Shown in pieces: positions 51,800-61,471 of a stretch of DNA of 64,000 nucleotides (within the stretch, counting starts at the first letter, position 1; every line of letters starts with the position of its first letter). Location of the stretch: assembly GCA_051294905.1 (NCBI GenBank), contig CM119372.1, positions 6,450,001 to 6,514,000 on the forward strand. The letters run 5' to 3'. A program made the position numbers and the translations under genes. The notes under the pieces are model-generated. The model worked only from the letters and a program-made list of their open reading frames with translations, searched no databases and had not been told where the DNA came from. The DNA comes from Botryllus schlosseri (Eukaryota).

Positions 51800-53821
51800 A
51801 TGACTACTATGGCGTCCGGTGAAGTACAGAAATTCACGGCGGACAAACTGCATTGTGATAACTGGCTGACGTGGAAATACCAGATAACTTGTTTGCTGAA
51901 GGCGAAGGAATTATTCCAATATGTTGATGGATCGGAAGTGTTGCCAGGAGGCGCAAATCAGCAGCAGACAAGGGAACATCAGAAGAAGTTAGATAAGGCG
52001 TTAGCCATCATTACTTTGGCTGTCTCTACGTCGCAACTGTATTTAATAACATCCTGCAATACGCCGGAGGATGCCTGGAATGCCTTGAAGGAACACTTTG
52101 AGGGTGACTCCGCCGGTAATAGACTTTTGCTAATGAAGTCGTATTTTCGATGTGAAATGAAACAGTCTGACTCAGTCGAGAGTCATTTGAAATATATGAA
52201 GAAATTGACTGATCAAATGGCTGCTCTTGGCTCACCAGTCGAAGAAACACTGCAAGTTGTAACATTGCTGGGAAGTTTACCTAAGCCTTACGCAACCTTG
52301 GTCACTGCCCTGGAAACTCATAGCGGACCAGGTCTTAAGTTGAAATTTGTTCAAAGAGCAATTTTGAATGAAGAAGATAAGATTTATGGCAAGCAAAAAA
52401 GGGGTAGACAAAATCGCTATGAACTGGAAGAATCAGCAATGGTGTCGAGACAAAAATTACGATGCTATAACTGCGACAAATTTGGTCACCTGTATCACGA
52501 ATGTCAAGAGTCTGATGACAGTGATGAAGAATACACATTTTCTGTTGGTGGTCAAGAAGTTTGTGATGATGCTGATCCAAGCTGGAATGTAGACAGTGGT
52601 GCATCAAAGCACATGTCAAAAGTGAAAGAATCAATCTCGGACTACAGAGAATTTGAGGTTCCTCGACCCATTCACTTAGCCGATGGTAGCACCGTTTCCG
52701 CCTTTGGAATTGGAAAAGTAAACCTCGAAATGTTTCTTGAAAATGAAGAAAATGTAACTGTGACACTGAAAAAGGTTTTATACGTTCCGAAGCTGGCAAG
52801 CAACCTTTTTTCTGTGCGAGCAGCAAGTAAATTTGGTGGCAAAGTTGCATTTATTGGAGATGAATGCAGAATCTACAATAAGCATGGAAGGCTTTGTGGA
52901 ACTGGCTCGGTGGCAGGAAGACTGTACAGATTGTGTTGCCGTCATGTTATATCTGACACAGAAAATATTGCCAATGGACATGTTGAACCAGTGGGAGAAA
53001 TGATATCTGAAAACCACCCTACTGGAAATGGATATAACCAGTATGATGATGTGCCTGATGAATCAACTGATGGAAGGACTGGTACTGAACACACTGCATT
53101 TGCAGCTGCTGGAATATGTGAACCTATAATCTTTGATGAGGCTATGAAATCACCACATTCAAGTGAGTGCAAAAAAGCTGCTGACAGGGAATACGCTTCT
53201 CTGTTGAAGAATGAAACCTGGAGTGTTGTGGAGCAACCACAAGGAACTGCACCTGCTGAATGCCCCTCGGTATTCGAAATAAAATGCGGCATAAATGATA
53301 ATGAGACATTTTCACCAGTTGTCAGATTTATCTCGAGTCGAGCTGTGCTAGCTGTAACACCTGAAAACGAGATGTTACATCAGATGGATGTTGATACTGC
53401 AGTCATGAATTGTCTGCTTGAAGAAGACATCTATATGAGCCGAACACCTGGTTATATTGCATTTGGTTCTGAACATTTGGTGTGTAATCAGTCTTTGTAT
53501 GTATTGAAACAGCCGCAAAGCTGTTGGAACATTGTGCTTAATCAGTACTTTGAGTCGATCGGGTTCAAACACTGTTATTCTGACTCATGCGTTACATGCA
53601 CTGATAAGAATCTGTTCATTGTTGGTGATGTCATTTTGGCTTCGCCGTCTTATGATCAACTAACTGAAGTGAAGTATAACTTCGGCCCTGAATTTTGCAT
53701 GGCGGGTATCTGTGAATCGCATTACTGCCTTGATGTTTGCATTAAGCAAGAACACACTGAGAAGTGTATCTATTTGCATCAAAAACGATACATTTGCAAT
53801 TTGATTGATAGATATGGTTAG
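51800..53821 (+). CDS. Copia Gag-protease fused to a degenerate RT remnant; integrase core and RNase H absent
   Basis: Gag N-terminus KLHCDNWLTWKYQI, zinc knuckle CYNCDKFGHLYHEC, protease WNVDSGASKHM, RT remnants EPIIFDEAM, ETFSPVV and HQMDVDTAVMN, YVDD replaced by IVGD, TAG at 53819. Confidence 0.9.
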   Translation: MTTMASGEVQKFTADKLHCDNWLTWKYQITCLLKAKELFQYVDGSEVLPGGANQQQTREHQKKLDKALAIITLAVSTSQLYLITSCNTPEDAWNALKEHFEGDSAGNRLLLMKSYFRCEMKQSDSVESHLKYMKKLTDQMAALGSPVEETLQVVTLLGSLPKPYATLVTALETHSGPGLKLKFVQRAILNEEDKIYGKQKRGRQNRYELEESAMVSRQKLRCYNCDKFGHLYHECQESDDSDEEYTFSVGGQEVCDDADPSWNVDSGASKHMSKVKESISDYREFEVPRPIHLADGSTVSAFGIGKVNLEMFLENEENVTVTLKKVLYVPKLASNLFSVRAASKFGGKVAFIGDECRIYNKHGRLCGTGSVAGRLYRLCCRHVISDTENIANGHVEPVGEMISENHPTGNGYNQYDDVPDESTDGRTGTEHTAFAAAGICEPIIFDEAMKSPHSSECKKAADREYASLLKNETWSVVEQPQGTAPAECPSVFEIKCGINDNETFSPVVRFISSRAVLAVTPENEMLHQMDVDTAVMNCLLEEDIYMSRTPGYIAFGSEHLVCNQSLYVLKQPQSCWNIVLNQYFESIGFKHCYSDSCVTCTDKNLFIVGDVILASPSYDQLTEVKYNFGPEFCMAGICESHYCLDVCIKQEHTEKCIYLHQKRYICNLIDRYG

Positions 53822-54163
53822 TCTGATACCAAAATGTGTTTCCACTATCTGTGACACTTTCTGGAACTAGAAACTTGGAATAATGGCTCTCGAAATGCTT
53901 TAGCATTGAAATATCAATCAAGTGGGAGTGTTGTAAATGTGAATGATTGATGATTAATTGATTGTGCTAGACAGCAACCTTTAGTGTTGCCCCTTTTTTT
54001 TACTGTGCACGTGCTATTATGTAGTCTGGCTTATTCCTTGTATTCTGCTGCTGTGTGAGGAACTCGCGTTCCTGCCTTGACAATAAACCAGCTCACACTT
54101 GGTAGTTGTGGCGTGTCTGCTGTTAGAATTCAACATGGACTCTGGGACATGGAACACCCATCA

Positions 54164-55728
54164 TTAGCGCTTCTCCGTGAAGGCCTTCGTAATTAAGTCT
54201 TCGCATATCGCGTCGTCCAGTTCCTCTATTATTGTTACATCCTCCGACGAGAGAAATGGTGATCCTTTATTTTTGTGATCTATAATAAAACTACCCCGCG
54301 ATAATAACCCGCTAATTTCCACCGCAACCTTTGCACTCTTGGATTTCGTGACAGCGTTTTCATTCAGTACAATCGCAGTAACGTACGCGTCGCATAAGCA
54401 GTAACCCGGGCTTACTCCCTTGTCGATCTTCCTATCTTCATACACTTTTGCAGCCGCAAATATTGCTTTGAAAAATTGTGCTCTTTTCGAGTCCACCGAC
54501 ATCAATTTGTTCAATAGATCTGGACGAATTCCATGTGCTACTGTCGTTTCGTACGGTACCACTTCCGTTTTGCAATGCTGAGGGAACATCCGAAAAACGG
54601 TGTACGCCGCCTCTGGGTCGGTGTAGAAATTGTACTCGCCACATGGCGTAGCGTTGCCATATCCTTTGATGGTTCCTCCCAATATATGCACGCTTTTAAT
54701 ACGTTTGGGCACATCGGTGTCGATCTTGGCTGCCATAGCGATGTTAGTTAGAGCCCCCAGGCAGATGAGCTGAAAATATGCAGTGGAGATCAAAATACTG
54801 GAATGATTTAAATATCGCGATATGACTTTCTGCATGATAGATGAGGAGGGTAACTTGAGCGGATTTAGAATTGGACCAAATTAGAGTGGGAGTGGTGTAT
54901 TTGATGAGCATGACTGTGGTCAGGCAAGGTCCCATAGAATACATGCATGATGAGCTTCATACACGCAACCTTGGTAGCAATGACGTTTCACTTTGTTGCA
55001 GCGGCAAATATAAATCGTATTAGTTGGGTCAGCCTTCACCCTTGTGCATTATTCTCAGTGCGAATGACTAATCGGAGATTTGGTGCCTCAGCTGTGTGAA
55101 ATCCGGTCTCTGAGTCCATTTACAGGAAGCTGGATCCATGCCGGATCGGGAAAATTACCGGTATGACCCTCGCACATTCGGACACATGATAGACTAACTT
55201 TCGTACCTGTAAACGTCCTGCATATTCTTTGGAAAGTCGGAGAATCGCATCCACTCCGTGTTCCGCCTAACAATTTAATAAGACAGTAATAATCAGTAGA
55301 TATGAATTTGCCATCCACCTCCCTTACTTGAACGTGATCCAACAAAGATTCGCTCCTTTCCGGAAATACGTCGTGTGCGTCACCTAGGCCGTCTCTTCCA
55401 TGGTAAAATGCCGCATCTTTGGTTTTCGGTAGAAGTACCATTGGCTCAGAACAGCCGCCGAATATGGGAATCTATAAATATAAATATCGGTATAACGTTG
55501 GCACTTCTACGAGAAAATCTCCGAAATTCCGCGACTTACCTCATTCAACATATCGAATAACTTCACTATCCTCACTGTATTGATGGTGACATCGCGAAGG
55601 CCGACATTGCCGGCAGCGCATGTAATGCCGACAATTTTCACCTTTGGTACTTGTGACATTAGCATCATTAAAGCCGCGCAGTCGTCAACCCCAGGATCAG
55701 TATCTACAAGCAGTATCTTTTCAGTCAT
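54164..55728 (-). CDS. Nucleoside hydrolase (IUNH family), copy A, 332 aa, 4 exons
   Basis: Exons 55728-55540, 55471-55328, 55266-55207, 54769-54164, all with phase-0 GT-AG introns. Motifs DTDPGVDD (DxDxxxDD), HGRDGLGD, LGALTNIA, GNATPCGEYNFYTDPEAA, YCLCDA. Confidence 0.95.
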
Positions 55729-55838
55729 CGTATATTCTTAAAGTATGAGCAACGATCGCGGTGGGCAACAGCTAGCTTCACTCACTACTACTAAACATTT
55801 TCACAACAAGCTGCCTTCGTCCACACGCTTCAGCTCAG

Positions 55839-55925
55839 TCGGTTTCGCTTGAATAATTTTCTAAGAATGCGTCATAGCTTCTCTCACACCTGTGCACAGG
55901 CAGACAATGCGAAAAGGTCTGAGAT
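55839..55925 (-). promoter_or_regulatory. Conserved upstream block shared by both nucleoside hydrolase paralogs
   Basis: TCGGTTTCGC(T/A)TGAATAATTTT...CGTCATAGC..CTCTCA at 55839 aligns with 59376-59465, while the surrounding non-coding DNA has diverged. Confidence 0.6.
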
Positions 55926-57436
55926 AAAGGATATAACAATTAATGCTTCAATCCAATCAATCAATTGTAATGATTCGCGTCGAGCACCGGTTCTTAAACT
56001 GGGGTCCCCCGTGTCCACCCCTTGGAGGACCGCAAACTAGTTTTATGGGGTCTGTGAAAGGGCAATGTTGAACAATACATCATCAGGAAACTACAAAACC
56101 ATATTATCATCCTTCGGAAATGACGCCATGAGTGGGACTGTGACTACATTGTCCAGTGGTTATAGGGAATAGCCTTCTGCTCAGGCTTCTTAAATTTTGG
56201 GGTACGAGCATCCGCCCACAAAACTTGAAGGGGTCTGCAATCAAAAATAGTATCTGAACCCCTGTTTTAGACTAACGGAAGCGTGTATCAAGCAAGAGGT
56301 CAGCGACGAATGAACCCTTTTCCCTTGAAAATACACGTGAACAATTCCTTATAATTTGAATGTCAACGAACGCAGACCATTTCATTACTAAGAATCCAAT
56401 ATCAGTATTAAACTTCAAGTCAAGTCGAGTACTCGACAACTACCACGTTATAAAAGTAACAATGACTGGAATGCTTAAATATGTATCTTTTGTGACCACA
56501 AACAAAACGATGCCAGAATTATGGGATAATAAAAAGGATTATGCCTTTCTCGATCAAAGCTATTTCATAACGAGTTGTGACAATAATGCTGCGGGCCGAT
56601 CAGAGAAATGTTTCCATGACATTTAGGATAGGATCCTGTTCCGGAATATCTACATCAGTAACAAATTCTATTGCCTTGCAGAAAGAAAGACTTATGCATA
56701 ACGCGTCGCCACGTCGCATATAACTTATTGATTAAGCGACATCGTCAACGCAGTCAAATTAGTGGAATTGCCCTATTTCCCGAAACACCGATAATTCTGA
56801 GCGCTTGCTTCTGAATACGTGTTTTGATCAAGGCGTGTCGGCGTGCGAAGAAAATGATGGCAGCACGTATAGTCACTGACCATTGATGTAAAGCGTTATT
56901 TCATGACGGAGGCGGTCGCACATATCAGTCTAAACTCTTGGGTGGAATGTTTATAGTGAATAAGTATAACGGAGACTCCAAAATAGTAAGCAGGTTTATA
57001 GCAAACGCCCGCGAGTGCCCTACTCCGACATCGCGACAGGTCTTCCAGGTATCATTCATATGCGGCCGATCATACACCTGCGACGACTGATATTCCGTAG
57101 CACTTGTTTTACTAACCACTACTGCGTGTGCGCATGTATTCATGAAAAGACAACATCTACTAAATCAGCAATTATTAATGATTATAAAATCTCAAATCTA
57201 GAAATGCACAATGTACCGTGAATCTTCAGGAGGGTAACGGGATGAACTGGATCGTATGGCTAGAACATCATACGCCCACACACGTGATAATATCTAAATT
57301 TGCATGCTCAATCGTCCATACAGAGACATTCTGAAAGTAATTGTTGTAAAATCATATCCCGATTGCATGCACTACACGCAAATATACCGCTTAGGAAATG
57401 GTGTGTCAAGCTCATGCGCATACGCGCTGGTGTGCG

Positions 57437-58636
57437 TTACTCTGTAAAGGTCTTCATAATTAGGTCTTCGCATATCGCGTCATCTAGTTCCTCTATAATT
57501 GTCACTTCCGCGGAGGAGAGAAAGGGCGATCCCTTATTTTTGTGATCTATAATAAAACTTCCCCTTGATAATGACCCGCTGAATTCCACTGTCACTTTTG
57601 CACTCTTGGATTTCGTGACTGCATTTTCATTCAAGACAATCGTGGTGACATACGCGTCACATAAGCAGTATCCCTGGCTTAGGCCCTTGGCGATAAGATC
57701 GTCTTCGTATATTTTCGCAGTAGAAAAAATTGCCTTGAAAAAGTTCGCTCTCATCGAGTCTACCGACATCAATTTGTTGAATAGATCAGGACGGATTCCG
57801 TGTGCTGTTGTTGTTTCATACGGTACGACTTCCGTTTTACAATGCTGCGGAAACATCCGAAACACGGTGTATGCTGCCTCTGGGTCGGTGAAGAAATTGT
57901 ACTCGGCACATGGTGAGGCATTGCCATATCCTATGATGGTTCCTCCCAATACATGGATGCTTTTAATACGTTTAGGTAGATCGATGTCCAGCTTGGCTGC
58001 CATAGCGATATTAGTTAGAGCACCAAGACATACGAGCTGAAACAGCACAGAACATTTGCAGTGGAGGCAAGGTACGAGAATAATGCTGCGACAGCAATGT
58101 AACGAGTGTGGTTTTCGTACCTGTAATCTCCCCGCATATTCTTTGGAAAGTCTGAGAATCGCATTCACTCCATGTTCGGCCTAGCAATATAATTTAACAC
58201 TAAACAACCATAAAATGCTGCTATCAACCCAGCGCACCTGAACGTGATCCAACAAAGACTCGCTCCTTTCGGGATATACGTCTGGTGCCTCACCTAGGCC
58301 ATCTCTCCCATGGTAGAATGTTGAGTCTTGTGTTTGTGGCAGAAGTACCATTGGCTCAGAACAGCCGCCGAATATGGGAATCTATAAATACCAGTACACT
58401 GATAGAACTTTATCGCGGAGCCAATGAATCTACACTAAACGCATTACCTCATTCAACATATTAAACAGCTTGACTATCCTCACAGTATTGATTGTGACAT
58501 CGCGAATTCCAACATTGCCTGCAGCGCATGTAATGCCGACGATTTTCACCTTCGGAACTTGCGACATTAGCATCATTAAAGCTGCACAGTCGTCAACTCC
58601 AGGATCAGTATCTACAAGCAGTATCTTTTCCGCCAT
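57437..58636 (-). CDS. Nucleoside hydrolase (IUNH family), copy B, 330 aa, 4 exons
   Basis: Exons 58636-58448, 58381-58238, 58180-58121, 58036-57437, with the same intron positions as copy A. Motifs DTDPGVDD, HGRDGLG, GNASPCAEYNFFTDPEAA, YCLCDA. Confidence 0.95.
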
Positions 58637-58756
58637 CGTACCCTCGAAGTACGAACTATCAGCAACAGAGGTGAGCACCGTACAGTAACTAACTAACTAC
58701 AGTCGTCCGATTCGATACAACAGCAGCAATGTTCTTCGCAGCGGACTGGATTGCAC

Positions 58757-59346
58757 TATAGAAATTAAACATGGAACGGCAACGACCGATTTTGCAGCTT
58801 CGTTCCGCTTCGCAGAGGCTGGAGAGGAGAGTGGTTTTGCGTAAGCGACTGTAGGATTTCTGGCAATCCAAAATCTATCTTCCCGAGCCCAGAAATTATT
58901 GAATCTGGTCTTGATCGAAAGCTACTGTTGCACCGATTCCGAAAATATAAATTAAAATAATGATCAGGCACTGATCCACCTAGAATCCGTCCTCAAAGTC
59001 GAAATATCGGCATTGTTCGAACAATCGGAGAGTCGCAACGGGTCATTGTTACGGTCATTGTGTTGCGGTTACCCGATTGTTCTGAACAATGCCGATATTT
59101 CAGACTTGGAGGACAGATTCTAGGTGGATCAGTGCCTGATCATTATTTAAATTTATATTTTCGGAACCGGTGCAACAGTAGCTTTCGATCAAGACCAGAT
59201 TCAATAATTTCTGGGCTCGGGAAGATAGCTTTTGGATTGCCAGAAATCCTACAGTCGCTTACGCAAAACCACTCTCCTCTCCAGCCTCTGCGAAGCGGAA
59301 CGAAGCTGCAAAATCGGTCGTTGCCGTTCCATGTTTAATTTCTATA
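58757..59346. mobile_element. 590-bp foldback element with ~280-bp inverted arms and a 7-bp TSD
   Basis: Termini TATAGAAATTAAACATGGAACGGCAACG / CGTTGCCGTTCCATGTTTAATTTCTATA, near-perfect arms, TSD ATTGCAC (58750-58756, 59347-59353). Confidence 0.92.
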
Positions 59347-59973
59347 ATTGCACTCTTCCAGCTGGTCTAGTTTAATCGGTTTCGCATGAATAATTTTTCA
59401 GTAATTTCGTCATAGCCACTCTCATACGGTGGAGATCTAAACAATCGTAACAGGTCGAGGACAACGTAATGAAGTTATCGAGCCATTGTTCCTTTGTTCG
59501 GGCCTATGTTACAAGGCAGAGCATGCTACATACATTTTTTCAGATGAGCATGAGAGGTTCGTTGTAGTATCAGCATGACAACACGATGATGGTGGCTATT
59601 GTCATTGTGCAATGTGCATGCAGCATGCAACCATGTAAGTTTGCAGCTTATTTGACCCGTTTGAACTATTATTGCGTAATTTAATGTTTGCACCCGATCT
59701 CGTGACTTACATTTTGAGTATAGGTAGGCTAAAGTATTGATAACTGACCTACGTAGGATAGTTATCTATAGTCAAAGTAGGCGTTGTGATTAACAAAAGA
59801 CGATCAGCGTGACGCTGTTAATAACAATCAACGCCGTTAAATGGTGAAAGCTTGCAACTGCATATACTTCCGGTCCTTTGCAGTTTACAGTTTTCTAAGT
59901 ATAGTTGCTCTAATTAAGGAGCGGCTATAATAAAATAGGAAGGAAGCATTTGGTTACTAGCAGAGGTGATCAG

Positions 59974-61471
59974 TAGGGCGATTTTTTTGACCTGAAAATC
60001 GGAAGATTTTGTCCTGAAAAAATCAAAATTTTGACTCTGTTTTCCTTAAAAATCTTAAGTTTGACCTAACGTAGGCAAATTAGATGTTTTCCCACATAAT
60101 GTTCGAATTGTACTACTTTTCTTCATTTCTGGTTGAAACTGTCTGTCCTTACGAAGTAGTTTGGCATGAAAAAAGCTTTTTTTGCCTCAAAAACTGACAA
60201 ATTTTTACATGAAAAACCTTATTTTAACGACATCTGGCCCTATGAAGGATTCCAGTAGTTACATTACGCATTATGGTAGAAATAATTAAGCTTTTTTGTC
60301 ACGGGTTGAAAGTGTTTGTCCTTACTAAGTTGCTTGCCAAGAATGGAGAAAGAACGTTCAACAGCAGCAGTTGTTGGCTGACACCGCTGGTGACAAACCG
60401 TGTTGCTTCATTCTGGCAATGGTGTCTATATACATCACAATTTTTCATCATGCGCTTCTTGATGTAAGAGCCATGCTATGCCCACGCAGTCGTGCTTCAG
60501 TTGAGATATTGCGGTACGTTGAGCATAACACCGTGTCAACCTATTCGTTTCATTTGAATCTTTATGATTCGCAATGACCAGAAAATGAATGGGCTGTCTA
60601 CAATAGGGCTCTACAAAAATTACTTTTTTTCCTCAAATCGTACTGGCTACTTGATAAAATTGTTAGGTTACCTAATTTAAGCCTACACACAAAATTTGGT
60701 TCAATTCCAGCTAGGAACCGCTTTGCTACAGAAGAAGAAAGTTTCTATTTATCATATAAAAATAAATAATAAAAATGTTTAAAATTTTCTGTTCACCCCA
60801 TGAAAGTGTTAGGCTGTCTATAGAAACGATGCTCACCAAATTTGGTTCAAATCCAACCACTGGAAGCGGAGTTATTGCCGTCGAAAAATTTGGATTTGAA
60901 TAAAATAGTATTTACGGTGACCGATTCTTTGTTTATTTATTATAGTTGTGCTCACCGTAAATACTATTTTATTTAAATCCAAATTTTTCGACGGCAATAA
61001 CTCCGCTTCAACTGGTTGGATTTGAACCAAATTTGGTGAGCATCGTTTCTATAGACAGCCTAACACTTTCATGGGGTGAACAGAAAATTTTCAAATTTTT
61101 TATTATTTATTTTTATATAATAAATAGAAACGTTCTTCTCCTGTAGCAAAGCGGTTACTGGCTGGAATTGAACCAAATTTTGTGTGTAGGCTTAAATTAG
61201 GTAACCTAACAATTTTATCAAGTAGCCAGTACGATTTGAGAAAAAAAGTCATTTTTGAAGAGCCCTAGTCTACAACGGTAGGCCTAAAGTAGGCTACAAG
61301 CTGTAAAATGTCTAATGATAAGTTCACCGACAGTGCAAAATCTACGATAAAAACGAAATTCAGGCTGCAAAATAGTTTTAACTTTGTAAGCAATTTTGAC
61401 ATTTTTAGACCTAACGCTACAATTTTGACCTAGTTTGACTTTTTTTGACATGTCAAGAAAAAAATCGGCTA
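59974..61471 (-). mobile_element. Middle hAT element of the nest (same family as 38209-39079)
   Basis: TAGGGCGATTTTT...AAAATCGGCTA, perfect TSD GTGATCAG (59966-59973, 61472-61479), collinear with 38209-39079. Confidence 0.92.
60604..61267. mobile_element. Inner, almost fully palindromic hAT-type MITE
   Basis: TIR TAGGGCTCT / AGAGCCCTA, ~320-bp near-perfect inverted arms, perfect TSD GTCTACAA (60596-60603, 61268-61275). Confidence 0.94.

Larger units (their letters stand above)
51470..54135 (+). mobile_element. Ty1/Copia LTR retrotransposon, internally deleted (non-autonomous), 2666 bp
   Basis: Two identical 207-bp LTRs (51470-51676, 53929-54135; TGTTG...CAACA), 5-bp TSD TGGAC (51465-51469, 54136-54140), PBS GGTTATGGGCCCAG at 51677, short PPT AAGTGGGAG before the 3' LTR, AATAAA inside the LTR. 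Confidence 0.97.

Noticed and set aside
57606..58040. 144-aa + strand ORF, and - strand ORFs inside the Copia element
   Set aside because: Antisense shadows of real coding sequence.
58765..59338. Near-identical ORFs on opposite strands (68 and 92 aa)
   Set aside because: A by-product of the foldback inverted repeat.
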